In this document: positions 28,102 to 37,924 of the stretch, piece after piece
How the letters are laid out: every line of letters starts with the position of its first letter
How positions within the stretch are numbered: position 1 is the stretch's first letter
Assembly: GCA_965204375.1 (NCBI GenBank)
Contig: OZ241986.1
Coordinates: 6,240,001 to 6,304,000, forward strand
Direction of reading: 5' to 3'
Source of the DNA: Candidatus Latescibacterota bacterium
GTDB taxonomy: Bacteria > Latescibacterota > UBA2968
DNA length: 64,000 nt
The notes under the pieces: generated by a model
Seen by the model: the letters and a program-made list of their open reading frames with translations, nothing else
The model's database searches: none
Told to the model about the DNA's origin: nothing
Program-made: the position numbers and the translations under genes

Positions 28102-28962
28102 TTAACCAAAAATTTCCACAAATTTCGCAACGCTCGCCCTGAACCCGTCTTCAAATGTACCGCCTTCGGGGCGATAGACGCTTTCGTAAGAGATTGCGCC
28201 CGCATATCCATCGCGTTTGAGCGCGTTTGCTATGGGTTCCAGGTATGGTCCCACAGCGCCTTCGCCCAGGGGATAGAATCCAACGGTCGCACGCGCTATA
28301 TCGGCTTTTGCGTCTTTGATGTGAATATGGCCGATATAATCGCGAATTTCATTGTAGGCATCGGGAAAGGGGATATCCGTACAGTACATTGTGTTGGGAA
28401 TATCCCATAGCAGTTTGAGGTGGGAGCTACCCAATTCGTCGATCAACTTTCTCGCCAGAAATCCCGATGTTATCATGGCATTATTGCCCGTTTCAACGAC
28501 GAGTGTTATGCCTTCTTCTTCGGCTATTTGAACGGGTACAGCCATTAGCTTCACCAGTTTATCCCACGCACCAGCCGTTACAATCCAATCTTCCGCGCCG
28601 TTGTACCCAAATAGTATCATTTCTTTTTTGCAACTCATAATTCTGACAATATTTGTTCCGAGGGTTTTTGCAAGGTCAATGCACCGCCGCAATCCCAATA
28701 CGTGATCCTCAAATACAGCATCTCCTATTTCGGTTTGCAATACGGGCAAGCCGCCAAAGTTGTGCCGCGAGATGCATGAGACTTCCATGTCGTGCTGATT
28801 GAGTAGTGTCTTTATACGCGCCACTTGCCCGGCGTCGTGATCCCCTACTTCCCGATCCCATACAAACTGGAGTTCTGGATATCTCAGATCGTATTCCGCC
28901 ATGACATTCAACGCGTGTTCAAAATCCCTGCTGATTCCATCTGTAATTACACCGAGTTTCAC
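28102..28962 (-). CDS. Sugar phosphate isomerase/epimerase
   Basis: LVVET, WDIPN, HIHIKD, GYAGAISYE. Confidence 0.85.
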   Translation of the reverse strand: MKLGVITDGISRDFEHALNVMAEYDLRYPELQFVWDREVGDHDAGQVARIKTLLNQHDMEVSCISRHNFGGLPVLQTEIGDAVFEDHVLGLRRCIDLAKTLGTNIVRIMSCKKEMILFGYNGAEDWIVTAGAWDKLVKLMAVPVQIAEEEGITLVVETGNNAMITSGFLARKLIDELGSSHLKLLWDIPNTMYCTDIPFPDAYNEIRDYIGHIHIKDAKADIARATVGFYPLGEGAVGPYLEPIANALKRDGYAGAISYESVYRPEGGTFEDGFRASVAKFVEIFG

Positions 28963-29065
28963 AAATAAGCTCCAAAGTTAGCGGTCAGCGATCAGCCCAC
29001 CCCGCTCTCAACCGTCAGTTAGTCCCCACTCCCCATCTCATCTTTGTTTTACCTTACCGATAGGC

Positions 29066-29091
29066 GGGCGACCACAGGGGGGCGTCCCTAC
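29066..29091 (-). repeat. GTAG-family REP-like palindrome
   Basis: GTAGGGACGCCCCCCTGTGGTCGCCC on the minus strand. Confidence 0.6.
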
Positions 29092-29113
29092 GGAAGATTA
29101 TCCTTCATACTTC

Positions 29114-30001
29114 TCACTTCACACTTCTGACTTCAATCCCCAGCATGTTTTCAAAAATTTTGATGATGGCCCAGTTCGCTTCTTCGGGGTTTACGCTGAT
29201 GCCCGCTTGAAACCATTCCGCAGCCGATGAGAGTGTGAACAGTGGTACGCCACATTCGCGTCCCAGTGTTTTTGCGATTCCGAGGTCTTTGTACATTGTG
29301 CCAATACGGCTTTGTCCTACAAAATTTCGTTCCATGATGTTTTGCGTTGTGTCTCGAAACAAAAAGCTGCCGACCACACTCGTGTTGATGACTTCGTAGA
29401 GGGTTTCGGGTTTTACGCCGGCTTTTACGCCCAGTGATAGGGTTTCGAAGATGCCCGCATAGGTTACGCCTGTCAAGACGGCCAGACACGCTTTCACGGT
29501 TTGTCCGGCTCCGATTTCTTCACCGACGTGGTAGATATTTTCTCCGACTGCGTTGAGAACTTCTGTGGCGTCTTCAAAAACATCCCGCTGTGCCGCTACC
29601 ATCATGGTCAGTGTGCCAGCCGCTGCGCCGGGTGCGCCACCGCTTACCGGGGCGTCTATGACGCGAATCTCTCTCTCTTTTAAGGATTGCGCGATTTCGA
29701 CCAATTCCGACCGCAATATGGTTGCTGTGCAGATAAATGTCGATCCCGGTTTCATGCTGTTCAACAAGCCATTGTTTAAGATCGCCTTAATTTGATCGCC
29801 GTTCATGACCATGACGAACACGAAGTCTGCGTGTTCGCCTACTTCACCAACATTTTTGGCTGCATAAGCGCCCCGCTCGACATAAGGTTCCAATTGTTCA
29901 GGGCGCAAATCATACACGACAAGCTCATGGCCATTCTTCAAGATGTTCGCAGCCATCCCACTGCCCATATCTCCGACACCGATCAACCCAACACGCGCCA
30001 T
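29114..30001 (-). CDS. Beta-hydroxyacid dehydrogenase (3-hydroxyisobutyrate/tartronate semialdehyde reductase family)
   Basis: GLIGVGDMG, DAPVSGG, GAGQTVK, KDL. Confidence 0.88.
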   Translation of the reverse strand: MARVGLIGVGDMGSGMAANILKNGHELVVYDLRPEQLEPYVERGAYAAKNVGEVGEHADFVFVMVMNGDQIKAILNNGLLNSMKPGSTFICTATILRSELVEIAQSLKEREIRVIDAPVSGGAPGAAAGTLTMMVAAQRDVFEDATEVLNAVGENIYHVGEEIGAGQTVKACLAVLTGVTYAGIFETLSLGVKAGVKPETLYEVINTSVVGSFLFRDTTQNIMERNFVGQSRIGTMYKDLGIAKTLGRECGVPLFTLSSAAEWFQAGISVNPEEANWAIIKIFENMLGIEVRSVK

Positions 30002-30092
30002 GTTTTTTTCCTTTCGCATCTAAATTTAGTTTGCTAATTAACAATAAACTACTAAACTTCATTGGTCAAACTTACACTTCGGGAGGCTTACA

Positions 30093-30971
30093 ATGGACAA
30101 TATACATCTGAGGTGGTGGGGGTGTGGTGCTTTCGACATTCTCTCGGGAGATGTCAATATCGCCATTGATCCGTATCTTTTCGGTGATAATCTAAAAGAG
30201 GCTGAACCTATTTACGACTATATTTTTATTAGCCACGAGCATTTTGATCACTGTCATCCCAAAACCCTGACGAAATTGTGTCGGGGGGATCGCTTCAAGA
30301 AACTCTTTGTCAATATCGGTTGTATGACGCCAAACGAACCTGTTGACGAAAATTATGGCGATGCGGCTTTTTCTCGGGATCTGCCCATTAGCAAGCATAT
30401 ACCCGAGGAAAAAATTCAGGTGCTCTACCCCAAATATCGCACCGATGACGTGCGCACTTTCCCCGGTCCTTTTTCGTGCGATCTGGGCGCTGTGCAGGTA
30501 GAAGCTGTTGAAAGTGGTGAAAATGCGCGGCCCGATTTACCCACCTGTGGTTATTTAATCACATATATCGAGAAAGATATTTCGTTCTACCATACCGGCG
30601 ATCTTCACGCGACCTATCCCGCACTCGGCAATATAGAGGGCCGCGTGGATTATCTCATTCATATGAAAACGGGGCTGAAGAACTGGCCTGTTTTTTCAAG
30701 TCTTCTCGATCTCGTGCAGCCCCGATTTTTGATTCCAACCCATTATCGAACGGATCGCAAAACTGATCCTGTTCCCGAAGGACATTGGCCTCCCGATGTT
30801 ACGGATGTGAATGCTTTTATCGAGAGTATCCGTGAGCACGCCGGCGACCGAACCCAAATTTTGCCCTTCACTGCTGGCGTCCAGTACGAGATTGAATTGC
30901 CCGAGAAAAAAGTTGTGTGGGCGTGGGATTGGCACAATACATGGACTGTGCCCCCGTGGCGAGAGGGATAG
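30093..30971 (+). CDS. Metallo-beta-lactamase fold hydrolase (UlaG-like)
   Basis: IDPY, SHEHFDH, YHTGD, IPTHY. Confidence 0.85.
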   Translation: MDNIHLRWWGCGAFDILSGDVNIAIDPYLFGDNLKEAEPIYDYIFISHEHFDHCHPKTLTKLCRGDRFKKLFVNIGCMTPNEPVDENYGDAAFSRDLPISKHIPEEKIQVLYPKYRTDDVRTFPGPFSCDLGAVQVEAVESGENARPDLPTCGYLITYIEKDISFYHTGDLHATYPALGNIEGRVDYLIHMKTGLKNWPVFSSLLDLVQPRFLIPTHYRTDRKTDPVPEGHWPPDVTDVNAFIESIREHAGDRTQILPFTAGVQYEIELPEKKVVWAWDWHNTWTVPPWREG

Positions 30972-30981
30972 ATATCTGGTT

Positions 30982-31746
30982 TTACACGCGATCTTTCAAC
31001 TGATATGCGATCGCGTAAAATGCCATTGAGTTGCCCGTGCGATTTGGCTCGCTGCGATGCCAGGTGTAATTTGTGAAGAAGAGGCCGTCGCCCGTTTTCA
31101 TTTCGACCAGGACTTCATCGGAGTAATCAATCTGACCCAGGGGGATGCGGTGGCGCTTAAAAGGTTCATGGGTTTCGTCGCCATTCTCACGGGATTTTCT
31201 GAACATCGGCGGGTCGTCGTAATAAGATTCGTGTGGTACGAGTTCCCAGCCGATATGGCTGCGCGGCATGACCGATAATGCGATGGCGTTCTTTCCGACT
31301 TCTTGCATCGGGATCCAGCAGTTGCAACCCAATTCGGGATCGATTTTCCAGTACCATGAATCCTGATGAAAATAACTGCATCCACCTTGCTCAGTGTCAA
31401 TCCAGCCGTGTTTAACCCCTATCTGATCTGTGAAGAGTTCTACGTCGCCGCCCAAAACTCCCGCCATCGCATTTGCCATATTGCCGTGTTCTGCGATCTT
31501 GGCAAATACTGCTTCTTCCAGGCCCGGACGTTGAATGCCCTTGGGCACTGGTTCGCCTGAAGAGGCGCGGTATATTTCGGGATTGAGGACTTGAAATCTG
31601 CCCTTTTTCCAATCGGGTGGATGATCTACTATTTCCCGTACTCGCGCCCAGGCGTCTGCCATGAGTTCGGCGGGGATCAATCCCTCCACATGGCAGTATC
31701 CTTCTTCTCGATACTGTTGGATATGTTGTTCGGTGACTGTGCTCAT
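30982..31746 (-). CDS. Phytanoyl-CoA dioxygenase family protein
   Basis: HQD..YW, PRSH, WHRS.PN. Confidence 0.85.
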   Translation of the reverse strand: MSTVTEQHIQQYREEGYCHVEGLIPAELMADAWARVREIVDHPPDWKKGRFQVLNPEIYRASSGEPVPKGIQRPGLEEAVFAKIAEHGNMANAMAGVLGGDVELFTDQIGVKHGWIDTEQGGCSYFHQDSWYWKIDPELGCNCWIPMQEVGKNAIALSVMPRSHIGWELVPHESYYDDPPMFRKSRENGDETHEPFKRHRIPLGQIDYSDEVLVEMKTGDGLFFTNYTWHRSEPNRTGNSMAFYAIAYQLKDRV

Positions 31747-31757
31747 TCTTTTCCCTT

Positions 31758-32558
31758 TCAGTCGCTTATCCAGTGTCGGAACAGGGGTTTCACGTTTTCT
31801 GGCAATTCCTCGTAAACACGGCGGGGTACAGGTTCTTGATCGTTGTCGGTCAATCCGGTTTCATCCACCATCATTTTGCGTTCTTCAGATCCCGGCATCA
31901 ATACGCGCGTGTTCAACCACCAGGGGGCATAGCGAACGACAACTGATACCCGGTCCTTTTGAGATTGATTGGGGGCGGTTGCGTGCCATATCCGGCTGTC
32001 CAGCACGAGGACGCTTCCCGCTGGACCCGTTGCATTCAGCTCGGTTGAATAAGGCGCGAGCGGATCCACATCTATATTTCCGGTTGGATTATTCGACCAT
32101 CGGTGGCTGCCCGGCACGATCAATGTGCCGCCATTCTCATGGGTAAAAGGAGATAACATCCACAGGGTTGTGAGATGCATTACCGCATCTGGATAAGGTG
32201 CAAGCACATGTGAGGCGTTGATCTGATTAAACGGCCAGTCTGCATGCCACCTGCCCCGTGGATTGCCCCGGCGGTTGATGGTCGCTGAGACATAAGACAC
32301 TTTGACAAAGGAGCCCAAAAGTGCTTCGAAGATAGCCATCAATCTTTCGTCTGCGAGATAGGGCGCGAGGGTCTGGTCATAGCGTATAAACCCCGGCACG
32401 TGTCCGATGCCCTCTTTTGCGGCCTTTGGTCTGCCGTGTATCCCGGTCGAATGCAATACGTGATCGCGTATGGCATCTACCTCATTTTCCGGGATTACAT
32501 CTTCTATTACGGTCCAGCCATCTCTGCGGATTCGGTTTAGATCGGTATTTAGACCCAT
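31758..32558 (-). CDS. Phytanoyl-CoA dioxygenase family protein
   Basis: WHAD, NGGT.IVPGSH, RIWH. Confidence 0.88.
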   Translation of the reverse strand: MGLNTDLNRIRRDGWTVIEDVIPENEVDAIRDHVLHSTGIHGRPKAAKEGIGHVPGFIRYDQTLAPYLADERLMAIFEALLGSFVKVSYVSATINRRGNPRGRWHADWPFNQINASHVLAPYPDAVMHLTTLWMLSPFTHENGGTLIVPGSHRWSNNPTGNIDVDPLAPYSTELNATGPAGSVLVLDSRIWHATAPNQSQKDRVSVVVRYAPWWLNTRVLMPGSEERKMMVDETGLTDNDQEPVPRRVYEELPENVKPLFRHWISD

Positions 32559-32573
32559 AGCACATCCATTTGT

Positions 32574-33665
32574 TTATATGTCAAATATGATGATCTGCCG
32601 CGCGACTTCGCCTGCGAGCAGGGCATTGAACGCATTGTCGATGTCATCTAAAGATATATTGTGTGAAATCATTTCGTCGAGTTTGAGATTGCCCATGAGA
32701 TACATATCCACATACCGCGGCATATCTACGCGAAAGCGATTGGATCCCATGCTCGATCCCTGAATTTTGCGCTCGCGCAAAAAGTTGTGCCCTGTAAGCT
32801 CAATTTTAACGCCTTGGGGAATCATGCCAATTATCGTGGCGGTGCCGCCTTCTTCGAGCATATAAAAACACTGTTCCGCAGTCTGTTTCAATCCCACGGC
32901 TTCAAAAGAGTACGCCACGCCTTTTCCGCCAGTCAGATCCATTATTTGTTCAACGGGATCGCCATCATTGGCATTGACCAGGTCTGTTGCACCCAATTCT
33001 CGGGCCAGTTGCAGTTTGGATGAGACGGTATCTACTGCAATAATACGCCCTGCGCCGCCTATTCGCGCACCCTGTACAGCACTCAGGCCAATACCACCGC
33101 ATCCGACAACGGCTACTGTGCTGCCCGCCTCTACTTTGGCGGTGTTGAGCGCGGCACCTACGCCGGTTGTTACGCCACATCCGATCAGGGCTGCTTTGTC
33201 CAGTGGCATGTCTTCGCGCACACTGCATACTGCATTTTCGTGTACCAGCAACTGTTCTGCATAAGAGGCGAGGTTTGCAAACTGAAAGAACGCTTGACCA
33301 TCCTGGGACAGGCGCGGTTTATCTGTCTCTTTGCGCTGTGTCGATTCTCTATCTTCACACAGATTTGGACGCCCGGTGGTGCAGTAGCGACAATGTCCGC
33401 AAAAGACCGATAGACAGGTGATTACGTGGTCGCCGGGTTTCACATAGGTCACGTCTGGCCCGACTGCCTCTACAATACCCGCTGATTCGTGGCCGAGCAC
33501 GGCAGGTAGCTCGCAGGTATAAAGTCCTTGCTGATAATGAACATCGCTGTGACAGACTCCCGCGGCGGCGGTGCGAATCAATACTTCGCGCCCGATTGGA
33601 TCGGCAATTTCAACATCTTCTACACTTATTGGCTGATGTGCTTCGCGCAAAACAGCGGCTTTCAT
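32574..33665 (-). CDS. Zn-dependent alcohol dehydrogenase
   Basis: GVCHSD, GHESAG, CGHCRYC..C, GCGGIG. Confidence 0.92.
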   Translation of the reverse strand: MKAAVLREAHQPISVEDVEIADPIGREVLIRTAAAGVCHSDVHYQQGLYTCELPAVLGHESAGIVEAVGPDVTYVKPGDHVITCLSVFCGHCRYCTTGRPNLCEDRESTQRKETDKPRLSQDGQAFFQFANLASYAEQLLVHENAVCSVREDMPLDKAALIGCGVTTGVGAALNTAKVEAGSTVAVVGCGGIGLSAVQGARIGGAGRIIAVDTVSSKLQLARELGATDLVNANDGDPVEQIMDLTGGKGVAYSFEAVGLKQTAEQCFYMLEEGGTATIIGMIPQGVKIELTGHNFLRERKIQGSSMGSNRFRVDMPRYVDMYLMGNLKLDEMISHNISLDDIDNAFNALLAGEVARQIIIFDI

Positions 33666-33682
33666 GGTGGACCTCCTGTTGT

Positions 33683-35203
33683 TTATCGACCTTCTTCTTC
33701 CCAGCGGCGAATCACAATTTTTGGGTCAAAATAGGTGTTGTTTGGATAAAAATCGGGCAGCGATGTGCGATCTCCCTGTCTCGCACCTTCCAGATGCAAT
33801 AGTGCGAGGGGTAGCGCGGTATCGATATTTGTTTCGCCTTCTCGGCTATCTGAGACAATCAGGCCATTCACCTGATATTGCCGCAGCAATTGTTCTCCAA
33901 GAGAGGTGGCGGACTGCAATAGCGCATTATCGCCTGTTGCCGAGTGGAGTTCCAATAAACCGAATAACGCGCAGGCATCGTTCTGTCCTTTGTTTACCCA
34001 CGCTTCATTACTTGCAGGCGAACCGCCAGATCCAAAATCCACGGGCGTACTTAAATCGCCCCAGCCCATTCCTTTGGCGAGGGAGAAAGCCATTTTTCGA
34101 AAACGCGCAATATCGGTCAGGTGATATGCCCGCGCATAAGATAAGAACATGAGTCCATTTGCAGGGACTTTTCTCAGTTTTGTGGGCGGACAATAGCCGA
34201 TCCCTTCATTGCTATTTTCGGGATAGAGACGGGTGCCGTCATTGATTGCGGGATAAAAGCTGTGATCGTCGATATTATAGCAGTGATTTGCCAGGGCTTC
34301 TAAATCCGCGGTTACCACATCGAGAAATGCTTTGCCTTTTTCACTGCCCAGGACTTCTGCGGCATTGAGAAAGGTGACGGCGGCGCGTCCGTATCGAACT
34401 TGAATCACGTTATTGGTGATAATCGTTACTTCGTTGATATCTGTTCGTTCGCTAAACGGCGGTTTGAACGACTCTCGCACCCGACAGGGATCGCGGTGAT
34501 TAAACTGATATCCCGCCAATCCCGCCTGGGGATGCCGGATTTGATCGTATCGGGAAAGCAGATGTTTTGCCCATCTCAAAGGCGTTTTATCACCCGAAAG
34601 CGCGTGTAGTATTGCCCCGCTCAGGATTAAATCGCTTCCCGTGTTGACGAAGGAGAGCGCGGTGTTTTCCACAATTGGCAATGGTCCTCCTTCAAATTCT
34701 GCATCCCACTTTTCTTGCCACGCTTCGTAGATTCCGTGTCGGTTAAAGAGCAAGGTGGGCCAATCCCAGATATGCGCGTGCCAGACGGCTTTGACAAAGC
34801 GGCGCATGCGTTCGGGTTGAACTTTATAGAGGTACGCATAATGCGGATAGACGCATTTCATTTCGTGATTGCCCAGTACTGGCGCATCTGTCAATAGATC
34901 GTAGCTCGTATGGCCACCCCAGTAGAACAGGTCGGATTCTATGTCGTGAATTTTATCCAGTGCACAACTGATCCATTCGTCTGCCTGATTATGGTATTTG
35001 TCGTTCCCTGTTAGTGTTCCCAATGCATCCAGTGTCCGCAAAAAATTTTGCTGACACGCGAGGTTGGAAAGCATATTTCCTTCCCAAATCAGCGGCTGTG
35101 CGGTCGTCAGGTCGAGACCGTCTGCCAGCAACGTCCCTTCTTTGTGTGTACAGCGTGCAAATATTTCCTGTACGTGTTTATCTACTGCATCGATAAATCC
35201 CAT
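33683..35203 (-). CDS. Polysaccharide lyase family 2 (PelW/PelY-like pectate lyase), no signal peptide
   Basis: LLADG, SNLACQQNFLR, LFYWGGH, HEMK..P.Y, W.AH..DW..L...RHG, LSFVNTGSDLI. Confidence 0.75.
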   Translation of the reverse strand: MGFIDAVDKHVQEIFARCTHKEGTLLADGLDLTTAQPLIWEGNMLSNLACQQNFLRTLDALGTLTGNDKYHNQADEWISCALDKIHDIESDLFYWGGHTSYDLLTDAPVLGNHEMKCVYPHYAYLYKVQPERMRRFVKAVWHAHIWDWPTLLFNRHGIYEAWQEKWDAEFEGGPLPIVENTALSFVNTGSDLILSGAILHALSGDKTPLRWAKHLLSRYDQIRHPQAGLAGYQFNHRDPCRVRESFKPPFSERTDINEVTIITNNVIQVRYGRAAVTFLNAAEVLGSEKGKAFLDVVTADLEALANHCYNIDDHSFYPAINDGTRLYPENSNEGIGYCPPTKLRKVPANGLMFLSYARAYHLTDIARFRKMAFSLAKGMGWGDLSTPVDFGSGGSPASNEAWVNKGQNDACALFGLLELHSATGDNALLQSATSLGEQLLRQYQVNGLIVSDSREGETNIDTALPLALLHLEGARQGDRTSLPDFYPNNTYFDPKIVIRRWEEEGR

Positions 35204-35317
35204 GATTGCCCTCCTTGTTTTGATCTAAACAATTATAGCTCCAATAGACGAAATATCAAAGTGCTCGTACATCCGCTCAATAATCGACTTGACATTGTTT
35301 ATTACAGCAAGCATAAA

Positions 35318-35410
35318 TGAGAAGGGTGAAGTGTGAAGGAGGAAGGGTGAAACGCGGGTGGTGTTGGGTGGTTTTCTCACTTCTCACTTCTCACTTCTTA
35401 CTTCTCACTT
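35318..35410. repeat. Inverted heptamer microrepeat hairpin
   Basis: GAAGGGT/GAAGTGT runs followed by five TTCTCAC-type units. Confidence 0.7.
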
Positions 35411-35426
35411 TTTTCGGAGGAATCAC

Positions 35427-36377
35427 ATGTTAAAAGCCGGATTTATCGGAGCTGGGGGACGCAGTCAAGGCGCGCATTATCCAAATGTTCATCGCCTGGA
35501 GCGTGATGTCGAGATGTCCGCGGTTTGCGAACTGGATGAAGAACGCCTAAATCAGGTTGCGAAAAAATACGAGTTTCCGCAAGTATATACAGATCACAAG
35601 AAGATGCTCGACGAAGCCGACCTCGATGTCATCTATTGCGTTATGAATGAGAAATGGATTTTACAGACGGCTATTGATTGTATGAATGCGGGCAAACACA
35701 TTTTTATTGAAAAGCCTCCCGGCGCCAATCTCGAAGAGACCGAGCAATTGCTCGAGGCGGCAGTGTCTAATAATGTGTTCGCTATGGTTGGGTTTCAGCG
35801 CCGCTATACAGCGATTACGCGCGAAGCGATGCGTCTCGTGGCAGAGAAAGGTCCCGTTTCATCCATTGTCACGACGTTCAACAAACAAATGCTCGGTGGC
35901 GATGGCAAAGAATTTACTTCTACACTGTGGAATGACGTTTGCCATATTGTCGATCTCACGCGCTATATGGCGGGGAGTGAATCTGTGGAAGTGACCGCCT
36001 ATCAGGATAAATTTGGCGGGGAGAGCTATAATAATTATACGGCTCTCATACGTTTTGAGAATGACGCGGTCGGCACCATCCATGGCAACCGCGCTTCTGG
36101 TGGGCGCGTGTTGCGCTCTGAACTGCACGGTGTGGGTATTGGGTGTTATATGAAAATTCCCCAGGAGATCGAGATTCACGAAGACAATCAGGTGCGTACT
36201 CTGGGGGGATGGGAAATCGATGGTGTGGAAGAGGATGATGTCGCCAGTTACGAGGGTGTCTTGACGATGCACCAGCATTTTGTCGATTGTATCAATAAAA
36301 ACGAGGTGCCTCACAACGATCTCCGAGATGTTATCCATTCCATCCGTCTGGTGGATCAACTCGAAGCCAAAGCGTAA
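35427..36377 (+). CDS. Gfo/Idh/MocA family oxidoreductase
   Basis: GFIGAGG, GKHIFIEKP, VGFQRRY, HIVD; GGAGG RBS. Confidence 0.9.
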   Translation: MLKAGFIGAGGRSQGAHYPNVHRLERDVEMSAVCELDEERLNQVAKKYEFPQVYTDHKKMLDEADLDVIYCVMNEKWILQTAIDCMNAGKHIFIEKPPGANLEETEQLLEAAVSNNVFAMVGFQRRYTAITREAMRLVAEKGPVSSIVTTFNKQMLGGDGKEFTSTLWNDVCHIVDLTRYMAGSESVEVTAYQDKFGGESYNNYTALIRFENDAVGTIHGNRASGGRVLRSELHGVGIGCYMKIPQEIEIHEDNQVRTLGGWEIDGVEEDDVASYEGVLTMHQHFVDCINKNEVPHNDLRDVIHSIRLVDQLEAKA

Positions 36378-36437
36378 ATGAGGTCAAGGGGAGTGAAACG
36401 CCTGGGGACACGCTCCTGATGAACAAAATTGAAAGAT

Positions 36438-36791
36438 TCAGGCGAGCAACATGTGCATCGGCTCCAGAGTGCGCTTAAACGGGTTCAGCACCAGACCGAG
36501 AATTTCCAGCGTAACGGCCCCCAACAGAGCCTGATCACCTGGTTCTCCCAGGATAACGGGTGTGTGCCCCTCGCGCTGGGCAATTTCGATATGGCATTCC
36601 GATATCTGGCGTTCGATTGCTGTTCCATCGGCTAAAGAAAAAGTCATTGACCGCTTCGGTGCCAGCCCAATCGCCTGCCAGTCGTCATACGGCAGTAGCG
36701 AGTAGGTCGTACCGCTATCTACCAGAAAGCGCACCGTTACTCGCTGGTCATCTATCCCCGAGGCCACCCCTTCGATATAGGTCATTCCCAT
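36438..36791 (-). CDS. Retropepsin-like clan AA aspartic protease
   Basis: FLVDSG, LADG, ALLGAVTLE.LG. Confidence 0.85.
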   Translation of the reverse strand: MGMTYIEGVASGIDDQRVTVRFLVDSGTTYSLLPYDDWQAIGLAPKRSMTFSLADGTAIERQISECHIEIAQREGHTPVILGEPGDQALLGAVTLEILGLVLNPFKRTLEPMHMLLA

Positions 36792-36881
36792 CGGCTATTC
36801 CTCCATTTTAATGTACCCAATAGTATTGTCCGAAGTATTGGTACCCAAACATCAAAGATAGAGCGCGAAAAGTCAAGGGTT

Positions 36882-37853
36882 CTAATGAATAAAGTTTGCC
36901 GCAGTCTTTAATATATCGACACCCGCATTCTTTTTGTACGCGTTTTCGCTGATATATCGCCGCCAGGTTTTTGCACCCGGAATGCCGGCAAATAGGCCTA
37001 TGAGATGTCGCGCTATATGGTGCAATCGCGTACCGCGCTCGAGTTGGTCGGAGATATAAGGCAAATACGCGTGCAAAATTTCGTGTCGAGATGGTATTGG
37101 GCGAGTCTCACCGAAAAATCGATGGTCGGCATCGGATAGAAAATAGGGGTTTGAGTAGGCTTCCCGCCCGACCATCACGCCATCGACATGCGCCAAATGT
37201 CCGGCGACTTCGTCGAGCGATGTAATTCCTCCGTTGATTACGATGTCCAGATCTGGAAAGTCGCGTTTGATGCGATAGACTATGTCGTAAGACAATGGTG
37301 GGATTTCTCTGTTTTCTTTGGGACTCAGACCCTGAAGCCATGCTTTGCGGGCGTGAAACGCAAAGATACGGCATCCCGATTCGGCAACGGTCTGGACAAA
37401 ATGTACCAGTTCTTCGTAAGAATCGCGATTGTCAACGCCAATTCGCGTTTTCACAGTTACGGGAATATTCACTGCGTCGCGCATTGCGCTTACACCATCG
37501 CGCACCCGTTCGGGTTCTTTCATCAAACACGCCCCAAAAAGCCCTGATTGTACGCGGTCGCTCGGGCATCCCACATTCAGATTGATCTCATCATATCCCC
37601 AGTTTTCACCTACTTTGGCGCACAGTGCGAGATCGGCGGGGTCGCTTCCGCCCAGTTGTAGTGCTATGGGATGTTCAATCGGATCAAATCCCAATAAAAG
37701 CGCGCGGTCACCGTGTATGATTGCGCCAGTGGCAACCATTTCGGTATATAGCAAAACCCGTTTGGAGATCAGGCGCAGAAAATACCGCTCGTGCCGGTCT
37801 GTACAATCCATCATGGGTGCGATTGAAAATCGCCTGCTGTTTCCAATAGGCAT
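36882..37853 (-). CDS. dusA: tRNA-dihydrouridine(20/20a) synthase
   Basis: FSIAPMMDCTDRH, NLNVGCPSDRVQ, HARKAWLQGLSPKENREIPPL. Confidence 0.92.
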   Translation of the reverse strand: MPIGNSRRFSIAPMMDCTDRHERYFLRLISKRVLLYTEMVATGAIIHGDRALLLGFDPIEHPIALQLGGSDPADLALCAKVGENWGYDEINLNVGCPSDRVQSGLFGACLMKEPERVRDGVSAMRDAVNIPVTVKTRIGVDNRDSYEELVHFVQTVAESGCRIFAFHARKAWLQGLSPKENREIPPLSYDIVYRIKRDFPDLDIVINGGITSLDEVAGHLAHVDGVMVGREAYSNPYFLSDADHRFFGETRPIPSRHEILHAYLPYISDQLERGTRLHHIARHLIGLFAGIPGAKTWRRYISENAYKKNAGVDILKTAANFIH

Positions 37854-37866
37854 ATAAAAATCCAAT

Positions 37867-37906
37867 AAAAAAACGAGTCGATCACATGGGCAACCGACTC
37901 GTTTTT
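37867..37906. terminator. Rho-independent terminator of the HPR gene
   Basis: AAAAAAACGAGTCG..CGACTCGTTTTT. Confidence 0.75.
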
Positions 37907-37924
37907 AATTTTCACCTGTGTTTG

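Noticed and set aside
28092-28211. N-terminal extension of the PhyH-HEAT ORF
   Set aside because: Overlaps the upstream epimerase; a strong RBS precedes ATG 28091
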